A stretch of DNA of 31,599 nucleotides from an uncultured Candidatus Saccharibacteria bacterium (GCA_964515625.1 CAZEUI010000004.1:1-31599), one strand, 5' to 3'. Positions 18,024 through 26,845 are shown, numbered from the stretch's first letter. Numbers and translations: made by a program. Notes: a model not told the origin generated them from the letters alone.

Positions 18024-19094
18024 TTAGTTGCTCTGATTGTTTTGTTGCGAGTCATTTTCTACTACACCTTCTTTCTTTTTCCATAGTAATTTAATAAATT
18101 TCCATAGCCCTCTTATTACGACCAATGTTACTAATAAATAAATTGCTGTTCGGATTGTCCATAGCAGGAAGATTCCGAAGTAGGCAGTTAGCCCTATTAG
18201 TGTATTAGTGTATTCATCTTTTAATTCTTTCCAGGCTGAATCCCACTTACGTGAATATTCCCCAATGTTGATTGGTTGTGAGCGGCTGATGTTTACTGAG
18301 AACTGTACGACATTCATTCTCTCTTCAAGATCAGCTGATTGTCGGTAGAGATTGTTTAGTTGGCTAGTGAGGCTAATTTTACGTTGTGTCAGTGTGTCAA
18401 TTAGAGAAAGTTTTTCACGAATCGCTTTTGACAAAGTTACAGCATCTCTTGATTGTCGTGCAAAATCTGCGATTTCATCAAACTGTGTTTCGGCAGCTGT
18501 TAGTGAGCGTTGGACACTCGCGAGCTGTTGTTGCAAGATGCTAGTCCTGCCTTGTAGTTGAGTCTTGTGTCGAGTGACTGATTCTGTAGTACGATTTATT
18601 TCAATATTTTCGAAAGTGTCTAAAGTGCTCAAGACGTTCGCTACTGTATTTTCTTCAACGAAAAATATAGCATTACAATAATTTGTTCCTGAAGTGATAA
18701 TTTTAAAATGGATCTGAGAATTAGATCTTAAGTTTGTGACTGTGGTACAAAGTTCATCAAACTGATGAGTTTGAGCAGAAACGCTATAGCTTGAAGTTTC
18801 GTATTTTTCAAGTTCTGAAGTGTATCCGTTAGGTGTTTCTATCGGTGGGTAATACGGTGCTGATTTTCCGTAGCTATCTTCAGTTACTCCATACGAAGTA
18901 CCTCTTACAGATTGTTCGTACTTGACACCTCCGGAATTACTATAAAGCGAGATACTGTCGAATGAATTTGATAGTATTCCTGTCGAGCTCGTAAATAAAT
19001 TCACTACTATAAAAAATAGTATAAAAAGTGTGACAAGAATCCCTACCCCTATCCCTCCGAAGCGAACAAATTTATTTTTTAAAATTGGGTGCAT
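18024..19094 (-). CDS. DUF4349-like membrane protein (TM, coiled coil, C-terminal TM)
   Basis: N-terminal TM, central heptad coil (LQQQLASVQRSL...LNNLYRQSADLEERMNVVQFSVNI) and a C-terminal hydrophobic helix ending LWKK. This is the DUF4349 architecture; the family call is from recognition only. Confidence 0.6.
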   Translation of the reverse strand: MHPILKNKFVRFGGIGVGILVTLFILFFIVVNLFTSSTGILSNSFDSISLYSNSGGVKYEQSVRGTSYGVTEDSYGKSAPYYPPIETPNGYTSELEKYETSSYSVSAQTHQFDELCTTVTNLRSNSQIHFKIITSGTNYCNAIFFVEENTVANVLSTLDTFENIEINRTTESVTRHKTQLQGRTSILQQQLASVQRSLTAAETQFDEIADFARQSRDAVTLSKAIREKLSLIDTLTQRKISLTSQLNNLYRQSADLEERMNVVQFSVNISRSQPINIGEYSRKWDSAWKELKDEYTNTLIGLTAYFGIFLLWTIRTAIYLLVTLVVIRGLWKFIKLLWKKKEGVVENDSQQNNQSN

Positions 19095-19137
19095 AAATTT
19101 TAATTAGATGATTAATGTTGTTTATATTTTAACATTA

Positions 19138-19166
19138 AAAATACGCTACTTTAAGTAACGTATTTT
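19138..19166. terminator. Hairpin downstream of the M14 pair
   Basis: AAAATACG...CGTATTTT with an inner TACT/AGTA stem. Confidence 0.45.
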
Positions 19167-19187
19167 CTCTTAACTTAATCTGAATTT

Positions 19188-20087
19188 CTACTCTTTATAT
19201 AACTCAAGCACTGCATTCATCCCTGCTAAATTTTGTGTCCATTCAATACTGGTACGACTACCAAGCTCAACTGTGACAGCAGGAATCCCGATGGAAGCCA
19301 ACCATCCTTCAGCGTCTCCAGTAATTGGATAAGCATCAAATACGGGAATGGCTCCGTAATTAGTAGCGTTTGAATACGCTCGCATGAGGGTAAGTGTTTG
19401 TGGTAAAACTCCGTTCTCACATTCTGAGGCATAAACATTGTTTGCCTTACTATGCCAAAAGATAGTTGCTTCTGGAGTGGTAGTTGAAACATAGTTCTGT
19501 AAAGCTTTTGCTTCTGGTTCTGAAAAAGCTTGAGTCCCAGCGCTCACTGTCTGCCCTCTCCAACTACTCGTTGGTGCCCACTTACAAGCAAAGTTACGGT
19601 TTAAGTCAACATTGTTTTTGTTGAAACGACCGAGTCCTGAGTTATGCATATCGTTGTTGGTAATGTCTGTAGCAACAAATTTTCCTTCCAGTCCAGTAGC
19701 AATAAATAAACCATCTGGATTCATGTTGGGGATGATGTGGGCAGTGATATTTTTTGGTATCGACAGATTGTCTTCACTAATATAATCAATCATCTCGTAA
19801 GCAAGTAAAATACTATTCCATTCATAACCACCATGAATACCTCCGACAAACAGAATATCCTGCTCACCAGTGCCAAATGTATAAACCTCAATGCTTCGTC
19901 CATCGACAGAATATCCGATGATGCTATGTGTCGAGGTAGGTACAGTTGCTTCGACTACTTGAACTACAGTATCTTCTGATATATGAATGTCTTTTCCAGT
20001 TTTGTTTCCAAAAATCATAAACAGCAATCCTACTGCAAGGAGTAGGATTGCTGTACCAATGAAAAGACTGGTTTTTTTATTGGTCAT
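19188..20087 (-). CDS. M14 zinc carboxypeptidase (MpaA-like), catalytically intact
   Basis: GGIHGGYEW (His and Glu ligands), NPDG, RFNKNNVDLNRNF, IFWHS (third ligand), GIPAVTVEL (catalytic Glu); N-terminal TM. Confidence 0.88.
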   Translation of the reverse strand: MTNKKTSLFIGTAILLLAVGLLFMIFGNKTGKDIHISEDTVVQVVEATVPTSTHSIIGYSVDGRSIEVYTFGTGEQDILFVGGIHGGYEWNSILLAYEMIDYISEDNLSIPKNITAHIIPNMNPDGLFIATGLEGKFVATDITNNDMHNSGLGRFNKNNVDLNRNFACKWAPTSSWRGQTVSAGTQAFSEPEAKALQNYVSTTTPEATIFWHSKANNVYASECENGVLPQTLTLMRAYSNATNYGAIPVFDAYPITGDAEGWLASIGIPAVTVELGSRTSIEWTQNLAGMNAVLELYKE

Positions 20088-21031
20088 TAGTTAGCGTAAG
20101 ATTTAAGTACTGCTTCTATACCCGCTTTGTTTTTATTCCACTCAGTGCTCCTGTGGTCAGTTAAAAGTACACTGATTGCAGGAATACCTTTTCCTGCCAT
20201 CCAGTTAACCATGTCTCCAGTTATTGCATAAGCATTAAATTCTGCCGCTGCATCGTATCCTGCCGCTGATGCAAAAGTTGCTGCAAGTCTAATAGAGTCT
20301 TTACTTTGGGCTCCTTCACACGATGAGGGGTAAACTTTTCCTTCAGCACTGAACCAGACAATCGCAGCTTCTGGTTTGTAAAAGTTCACGTAGTCACGTA
20401 AAGCAGCTGCCTCAGGTTCTGAAAAAGGTGCATCCCCACCACTTACTTGTTGATTTTTCCAGGTTGCTGTTTCGCTCCAGTCACAATCAAAGTTTCTGTT
20501 AAGATCTACTTTATTAGAGTTAAATCTCCCGGTAATCCTCGTCGCTTCACTTACAGCTAGTGCTTCGTTTGTGTCAAATCTACCAGATGTTCCGACTGTC
20601 GCCTTTAATCCGTCAGGGTTCAGAACAGGTATTACTGTAACTGTTACGTTACTAGGGATGATTTCAAGGTCTTCTTTCAAGTAGTCTACTAATTCATATC
20701 CCACTAAGGCTGTGTTCCATGAGTATCCCCCATGTACTCCACCAACAAAGAGTAACTCTGTTTCTCCTGTTCCAAAATGATAAGCTTTTATCTCAGATCC
20801 CTCAATTGATGTTCCGATAACAGTAACGTCTCCTCTTTTTTCGATAGTTACTTCCTCAACATAATCTGAAGAGGGTTCTTCAATGTATTCTAAGGGAGTA
20901 TCCTTTTCAATTTCTGTCGCTGTATCCTTAACGGGTACAGAACTTTCATCTCCAGAGTTTAATAATAAATAACCGACTGCTCCAACTAATACTAATAATA
21001 AGACCGCAATTACAATGTTTTTTGAATTCAT
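20087..21031 (-). CDS. M14 carboxypeptidase paralogue, predicted inactive
   Basis: Same fold motifs (NPDG, RFNSNKVDLNRNF, FSEPE) but GGVHGGYSW, IVWFS and GIPAISVLL. Its TAA overlaps the next ATG (TAATG). Confidence 0.85.
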   Translation of the reverse strand: MNSKNIVIAVLLLVLVGAVGYLLLNSGDESSVPVKDTATEIEKDTPLEYIEEPSSDYVEEVTIEKRGDVTVIGTSIEGSEIKAYHFGTGETELLFVGGVHGGYSWNTALVGYELVDYLKEDLEIIPSNVTVTVIPVLNPDGLKATVGTSGRFDTNEALAVSEATRITGRFNSNKVDLNRNFDCDWSETATWKNQQVSGGDAPFSEPEAAALRDYVNFYKPEAAIVWFSAEGKVYPSSCEGAQSKDSIRLAATFASAAGYDAAAEFNAYAITGDMVNWMAGKGIPAISVLLTDHRSTEWNKNKAGIEAVLKSYAN

Positions 21032-21223
21032 ATACTACTATTATATGCTAGACTAATTGTCTTGACCAGTATGACTTAAATAAAGGTTGGGAGAGTGTGT
21101 ATAACTATATTTAAATAATCCTATTCAGGTGTATACTCATGAGTAAGGAAGTAGTTCTTTTGTTCTTTATCACCCACCCACCCACCAAAAAAAAGCAGAA
21201 TAATTCTGCAGTAATACCCCCCT

Positions 21224-21269
21224 AGACTCGTAGTCACTCATTTCAAATGAAGACTTACGAGTCTTTTTT
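21224..21269 (+). terminator. Intrinsic terminator-like hairpin with U6 tail
   Basis: AGACTCGTA-GTC..TCATTT-C-AAATGA..GAC-T-TACGAGTCT followed by TTTTT. Confidence 0.6.
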
Positions 21270-21359
21270 CTGCCTTTTTATACCGGTAAATATAATTGGT
21301 ATGTAAAAAGGTAGGTGTTACACTATATAAAGTTGCACATGTGCAGAAACCTATTTTAA

Positions 21360-21737
21360 ATAACAGAAGAATATGAATACGAAACTACTGATTTAGAAGA
21401 AGTATGTGACCTTCTTGCTATAGGTCTGGATATTCCGGTTTCTGAGGTAGAAGAGGCTATTAATGATGTTGATGAGTACGTTGACTCAGACGAAAAAATA
21501 GATGCTACCGAGGACTATCTAGACAATGAAGATTATGCTGTTGCATAAGACTTAGTAAAAGAAGCTAAGGGTCTTGCAGAAGAAATCCTTAAGTATTTAG
21601 ACAAGGCTGACGACGACGATGATAAATGTGATGAAGAAAGCTCAGGTAAAAGTAGGTGGTGTAGAGATGATAATGGTGAAGAAGTTCACCCCAGTCAAAA
21701 TAAAGATAAATCTCAAGACAGGTTTAAAGATTATTGA
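21360..21737 (+). pseudogene. Remnant of a very acidic protein; no start codon, one internal stop
   Basis: ITEEYEYETTDLEEVCDLL...EDYAVA*(TAA 21546-21548)DLVKEAKGLAEEILKYLDKADDDDDK...FKDY*. The frame stays protein-like across the stop. Confidence 0.55.
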
Positions 21738-24169
21738 ACTACAGCTAGTTCTTCTTCACTAAAGTCTGATTTTGAAAGTGGAATAATATCTCCTCTTTTA
21801 ACTGCTCCAGAAATTATCTTTTGTGCTATTTTTTCTTCAACAGTATTTTGAAGCATTCTTTGCATTGGTCTGGCTCCAAATTCTGGGCTGTACCCCCTCT
21901 CTACTAGTGTGTCCAGTAAGTCTTTTGAGATGTTGATTTCATAACCTCTCTTCATAACACGATCTCTCAGTTGACCAAACATCAGACTGGCAATTTCTGT
22001 CTGATGTTCGATGTTTAAAGGTTCAAAGATGATAGTGTTGTCGAAACGGTTGATTAGTTCTGGTCGATATATTCCCTCTTTGACTATGCTGTCAATTATT
22101 TCTTGGGCTAGGTGTGATAGCTCCTTTCTTTGTTGAACCGTTTTCATGATTAGCTTACTGCCGGCATTTGAAGTGGCGATAATGATGACATTGCGAGCAT
22201 TTACTTTCGCTCCTCGAGCATCAGTAAAAAATCCCTCGTCTAATATCTGTAGGAATAAATCATGAACTTGTTGCGTAGACTTTTCGAACTCATCTAAAAG
22301 CAATACACAGTATGGGTGTTCTCGTAGAAGTGTTGGTAATACTCCAGGCTGTTCCCCCTCACCGATCATCTTTCTTAAAGCATTCACTCCGCTATATTCA
22401 GACATGTCTATTCTTTGTAATTTATCCTCACCACCGAAGAAAACATTAGCTAACGCTTTAGCTGTCTCCGTTTTACCAACACCTGTAGGTCCAAGAAAAA
22501 GGAAAGATCCTATAGGTTTCTCTGAAGACTGAATGCCTGCCCGAGCCCTGCGCATAGTTCTAGCGATGGCGTTCAATGCAACTTGTTGTCCGATTACCTG
22601 CTGATGAAGTCTGTCTTCTAGGTGGAGAAGAAGCTCACGTTCGGAGTCTTTGATCGGTCCAACCGGCACTCCGGTTGTGTCACTTACTACAGAGTAAACA
22701 AAATCTTCAGTAATCATTACGTCACCGGACTGACTTGCTTTGGTAGCTACGTTGATGAGTAATAATATTGCCTTGTCTGGCATAACACCTTCCACGATGT
22801 AACGTTCTGCTGATGTTGTTATTGCATGAAGTCCTGCATAGGTAAAAAGAATTTTGAATTTATATTCTTGCTGAAGAGCAATATTTTGTAAAACACGTGT
22901 AGTAGCATAAAGGTCGGGTGTATCGAGCAATACTTCGGAAAAACGCCTAACAAAAGCTCCTAAAGTTTCGATGTGAGTATGGTATTCACTAGGGGTGTCA
23001 GTGGCGATTATCTGCAATTGAGGTAAAGAGAGATATTCATCAATAAGTTCAGGGATGAAAACTCCCATAGCTTCTGCTTCCCGAATAAAGGTGCTTAAAT
23101 GTTCGATAACAATGATAATATTTCCCGCTTCTACCGCTTCGTCAAACATGTTGATAATGGTCTGCTCTAATTCAAATTTATCTTTATGGGTCGCAAACAG
23201 TCTATTTGTGTCCAATACAATTATCTGCTTCCCTACAATAGCATCTAAAGACTTTCCTATTCGTATACGTCTCTTCATCTCCATCACTAAATCTATTTTA
23301 CCAACACCTGCTTCACCAATAATGAGAACATTAGATGCTTTTGACCGAATTAAAGCAGTTTCAATCTCCTCAACTTTCTCTGTAGAAAAATCTGTATTAT
23401 TACCAAGTGTGGAAAAAATGGCACTAGTATTAATATTTCGTGAAAATTTGTTCAAAAGATAAGCTGTTCCGTACGCCCATTCTCGCCCGATACCTGTAGT
23501 TTTTGACAGATTGTCTTTCCCCCACCACCTAAGTTGTTTCTTTTCTTGATGATAAGTTCCGATTGTCCAACGTAAAGCCCCGATAAAAGTATCTTCAGAG
23601 ATTCCATTATTTTTCATTAAGGATTTAAACTCTAAGTCGTGAGTTAGAAGGTGTTTTCCTAATCCTATCAAACTAAAGATTTCATCCTCGGGCATCATTA
23701 CTGAAGATGCTGTTATTAGTTGTCGAGGAGATTTTAAGAATTCATCAATTTGATCCTGTGTTAGCCCTGTGCGGGATAATATCTGAGATCCAAATACTGA
23801 AGTGCAGAAAGAGCGAGTAACATCGTCTTTGTTTTTTAATACAGCTTCGGCAACATCGTAAGTAGCACCCGATACATTTTCATCATCAAGTCCGATGATA
23901 GAATTTAGACCCCGAAAATAGTAGCTATTATGGTAAGAAAAGGTAACTATTTGCTTGAGCCATAGAGAGCCGAATATTAATGATCCGCCTATGAGCTCTT
24001 GGAGGTATTGAGCATCAAAAAAATAGTAGCTTGTTGCAACTCCAAAGCTACATAAAGTAATACCTACAAAACTGCTGGTTCTGAGTGTGGAAAGTGTTTT
24101 CCTACTTAGAATGGAAGTAAGTTTGATAGGAGACTGGAACTTTTTAATGCTGTCTTCAAGATTGTTCAT
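21731..24169 (-). CDS. Membrane-anchored Clp/Hsp100-like double AAA+ ATPase (812 aa)
   Basis: Two N-terminal hydrophobic segments; degenerate NBD1 (GEAGVGKID, IIVIEHL); canonical NBD2 (GSFLFLGPTGVGKT, LLLDEFEK, IATSNAG, RPELINRFD, FGARPMQR). Confidence 0.9.
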   Translation of the reverse strand: MNNLEDSIKKFQSPIKLTSILSRKTLSTLRTSSFVGITLCSFGVATSYYFFDAQYLQELIGGSLIFGSLWLKQIVTFSYHNSYYFRGLNSIIGLDDENVSGATYDVAEAVLKNKDDVTRSFCTSVFGSQILSRTGLTQDQIDEFLKSPRQLITASSVMMPEDEIFSLIGLGKHLLTHDLEFKSLMKNNGISEDTFIGALRWTIGTYHQEKKQLRWWGKDNLSKTTGIGREWAYGTAYLLNKFSRNINTSAIFSTLGNNTDFSTEKVEEIETALIRSKASNVLIIGEAGVGKIDLVMEMKRRIRIGKSLDAIVGKQIIVLDTNRLFATHKDKFELEQTIINMFDEAVEAGNIIIVIEHLSTFIREAEAMGVFIPELIDEYLSLPQLQIIATDTPSEYHTHIETLGAFVRRFSEVLLDTPDLYATTRVLQNIALQQEYKFKILFTYAGLHAITTSAERYIVEGVMPDKAILLLINVATKASQSGDVMITEDFVYSVVSDTTGVPVGPIKDSERELLLHLEDRLHQQVIGQQVALNAIARTMRRARAGIQSSEKPIGSFLFLGPTGVGKTETAKALANVFFGGEDKLQRIDMSEYSGVNALRKMIGEGEQPGVLPTLLREHPYCVLLLDEFEKSTQQVHDLFLQILDEGFFTDARGAKVNARNVIIIATSNAGSKLIMKTVQQRKELSHLAQEIIDSIVKEGIYRPELINRFDNTIIFEPLNIEHQTEIASLMFGQLRDRVMKRGYEINISKDLLDTLVERGYSPEFGARPMQRMLQNTVEEKIAQKIISGAVKRGDIIPLSKSDFSEEELAVVQ

Positions 24170-24182
24170 ATAATATTTAGAA

Positions 24183-24572
24183 TTACGTAATGATGTAGGT
24201 AATACCTAGTGCCAACATACCGATAATAACAACAGGTGCTACTATCCAGAAGATGTAAGTAGTAAAGCCCATAATAATAACTAAAAATAGAAAAAATAAA
24301 CCAGCAGCTATTACTATACTTCGCATAACGAATCCTATAACTCTAGACAGAAAACCAATTATGATATAACCGGCAAAGTCTTCAAGATTAAATTTTCTCC
24401 CCCTCCCTTCCACCATCCGCTTCCAAGGAGAAAATAAAGAGAGAGTTAGTTGAGGGATGGAAAAGAAATTTATTGTAAACCAGAGAAGGTTTAGCCAGAC
24501 GTGAAAAATTTGCTTAAACGCTTGTGTGTAGTGCCAAAATAAATAATGATGGAGGATTGAAACAAGAATCAT
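24183..24572 (-). CDS. Small hydrophobic membrane protein upstream of the Clp-like ATPase
   Basis: 129 aa, W/F-rich with 3-4 hydrophobic segments; 13 nt from the ATPase start; extended -10 (TGtTATACT) 9 nt upstream of the ATG. Confidence 0.8.
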   Translation of the reverse strand: MILVSILHHYLFWHYTQAFKQIFHVWLNLLWFTINFFSIPQLTLSLFSPWKRMVEGRGRKFNLEDFAGYIIIGFLSRVIGFVMRSIVIAAGLFFLFLVIIMGFTTYIFWIVAPVVIIGMLALGITYIIT

Positions 24573-24614
24573 AATGCCTTAAGTATAACAAGAAAATACT
24601 TTTTTAATGAGATG

Positions 24615-24666
24615 TCTAACAATAAAAAGATGCACACCTGAAGGTGTGCATCTTTTTATTGTTAGA
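24615..24666. terminator. Perfect 24-bp inverted repeat downstream of the cold-shock gene
   Basis: TCTAACAATAAAAAGATGCACACC-TGAA-GGTGTGCATCTTTTTATTGTTAGA. Confidence 0.8.
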
Positions 24667-24673
24667 AGTGAAA

Positions 24674-24940
24674 TTATTCAGCTTCTGGAGTTGCTTCTTC
24701 AGTATCAGCTGAGTCGTCAGCAACTGGAGCGGGAATTGAAGCTTCAGCTCGTTGAACATTCGCTGCTGCAGGACCCTTAGGACCTTGCTCAACTTCAAAT
24801 GATACAACATCACCTTCTTTTAATTCATCAAAGACAATATCAACTAGTGATGAAGCGTGAAAGAATACGTCCTTATCACCGTCTTCTGGCTTAATGAATC
24901 CGTAACCTTCGTCTCGCTTTCGTACAATTGAACCTTTCAT
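24674..24940 (-). CDS. Cold-shock domain protein (CspA family) with an acidic tail
   Basis: GYGFI (RNP1), DVFFHASSL (RNP2), LKEGDVVSFEVEQGPKGPAAANV; extra A/P/E/D-rich tail of about 23 aa. Confidence 0.95.
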   Translation of the reverse strand: MKGSIVRKRDEGYGFIKPEDGDKDVFFHASSLVDIVFDELKEGDVVSFEVEQGPKGPAAANVQRAEASIPAPVADDSADTEEATPEAE

Positions 24941-25195
24941 ATTTTTTTGTATGATTTATTTTTTAATACAAAACATTTACTGCGCCTGATCTGTCTCAAC
25001 AACTTCAAGAGGGGCTCGTCGTTTCGTACCAGTATTAAAGCATACTGTGGATTTAATACAAGAAGATTTGTTGGTCTAATTTTAAGCAATCTTTTATTAA
25101 GGTTAGTCTTGGATGGCCTTCTTTTCTAAAAAACTCCCTTCTTATTAATTAAATCTCCGAGAGAAGTATATTCAATAAAATCTTTAGGTAAAAAT

Positions 25196-25680
25196 TTAAT
25201 CCCTGTCAGTAAGATATTTTAGAATATTTCTAACGAATGGGCTATTGATGACTTTAAGTTTTCTAACTTCACTTCTCTTGATATGACTTTTAATAGAGTT
25301 CTTTTTAATTTTACGGTTTCCTAAAGCACGATTCAATTCATCTTCATGGTTTCTGTCCTGCCAGATAATAATTATATTATTTTCTTTCGCCAAGTTCTCT
25401 AACCGAGCTTTGTTTTCTGTAGGGTTTAGTCCAAGTTCATGCAGTTGGTCAGTATCTATAAAACAAAGTATTAAATTGTAACTTTTCTGACAACAAACAT
25501 GGATACATTTCTCAAGAATCTTTTGGCATGACTCACCGCTTGCATGGTCTGGGGTTATTGCCCAATTTGGATACAAATCATTAAACTTCTGGCTATTCTC
25601 TAGTAATGAAAAGAAAAACTTTTCCTGCCCCCTTCGCCAAACAAGAAGACAGTTTTCTTTTCCTTACGTTGTTTTTTCAT
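25196..25680 (-). pseudogene. RloB-like TOPRIM protein, split by a 1-nt frameshift
   Basis: ATG at 25680 gives MKKQRKEKKTVFLFGEG. Adding one base in the G5 run (25628-25632) continues as QEKFFFSLL...LYPNW...CFIDTD... to the TAA at 25196 (161 aa). EG..E and DxD are TOPRIM motifs. Confidence 0.75.
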
Positions 25681-25682
25681 GA

Positions 25683-26843
25683 TTATATTCTTATCTTAGG
25701 ATAAGCTCCGTATACTCCACTTTGATACTTGGCGAAATAGTTATCCTCACTGCGAAACTTCATTTCGTCTAATCGAAACACCTCGCTAACATTATTTTCT
25801 TTCTCGACCAAGAATATCTGCTGAGCATCAAATTTCTTCATGAATTCTAAGGAGTGAGATGAGAAAATAAACTGTTTCTTACTTTCAGCTAGTTCGTCAA
25901 CAATAAACTGAATCAGTTTATTGACTGCTTCTGGATGTAGTCCAGTTTCTATTTCGTCAGATACCATTACAGTACCTTCACTAATAAAAAATATTATGCG
26001 ACCTAGTTCATAAAATAGTGCTCGTGTACCCCGAGATTCATAATCGATAGGTAATAAATATTTCTCCGTGCCTATTATATGGTTAGCTTTGATGTCATAT
26101 TTACCGTCAGAGTTTTTTGTGATTAAAAAGTCTTCAATACCAATATTAAAATCACGTATTATTTGCTCCATCCTCGTTTTTACTTCTGGAGATTTAAGGT
26201 AAGTTTCGGCAGCTAACTCAAGTCCGGTTATGTTGTGTATAGTTTCCCCACATTCAGAAAAATTTATTTGAAATAAACTAAAATACTCACCAATTTCACT
26301 CAGTATTGGTATGTCATAACTAGTATTAATAAATGCTACAGCAGATACACCGTTTTGTATGGACGACATCTTCTTTTTTGTGACACCAGTAAAATATTTA
26401 GGATTCAGATTAAATTCTCTCTCATTTCTGTCTATTAGAGTAGTAAACCGAGATCTTTTTTTAAGAGACTTAAAAGATACAAACTCCTTAATAACTAAGT
26501 AGTTTCTAATCTCAAGATAAATTTTAAATAGATGAGTATCATTTTCAAATTCAATCTCCACCAAACTAGTGTTATTTTTTATGAAAGAATAATTTTTAAA
26601 TGGCGTAAAAGTAATACCTTTAGCTTTATTGGAGACTGTTAATATATAGCTAATGAAGCCGAAAATCCTCATAGCATTTGTTTTACCAGAGGCATTTGAA
26701 CCGGCAAAACCAGCTACTTTTGAGATTAAAGTACCGTCATAGGCTTCGTAGTAATCACTACTTTTCTTTTTAGTGGTTGTAAAATCTATTTCCTGCCTAT
26801 CTTTAAAAGAATAAAAGTTCTCAAATGAAATTTTTCTTATCAT
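25683..26843 (-). CDS. RloA-like (AAA_21 / ABC-type) ATPase of a defence pair
   Basis: ISFENFYSFK, GSNASGKTN, ESRGT signature, VSDEIETGLHP, FIFSSHS, C-terminal YQSGVYGAYP. Confidence 0.85.
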   Translation of the reverse strand: MIRKISFENFYSFKDRQEIDFTTTKKKSSDYYEAYDGTLISKVAGFAGSNASGKTNAMRIFGFISYILTVSNKAKGITFTPFKNYSFIKNNTSLVEIEFENDTHLFKIYLEIRNYLVIKEFVSFKSLKKRSRFTTLIDRNEREFNLNPKYFTGVTKKKMSSIQNGVSAVAFINTSYDIPILSEIGEYFSLFQINFSECGETIHNITGLELAAETYLKSPEVKTRMEQIIRDFNIGIEDFLITKNSDGKYDIKANHIIGTEKYLLPIDYESRGTRALFYELGRIIFFISEGTVMVSDEIETGLHPEAVNKLIQFIVDELAESKKQFIFSSHSLEFMKKFDAQQIFLVEKENNVSEVFRLDEMKFRSEDNYFAKYQSGVYGAYPKIRI

Positions 26844-26845
26844 GG

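Noticed and set aside
21171-21186. (CACC)x4 as a phase-variation tract
   Set aside because: It is not inside a supported gene or between promoter boxes; treated as part of the sRNA candidate.
25070-25195. Possible ORF remnant or island boundary between the TOPRIM gene and the csp promoter
   Set aside because: Short, interrupted and unrecognisable; no direct repeat marking an attachment site was found.
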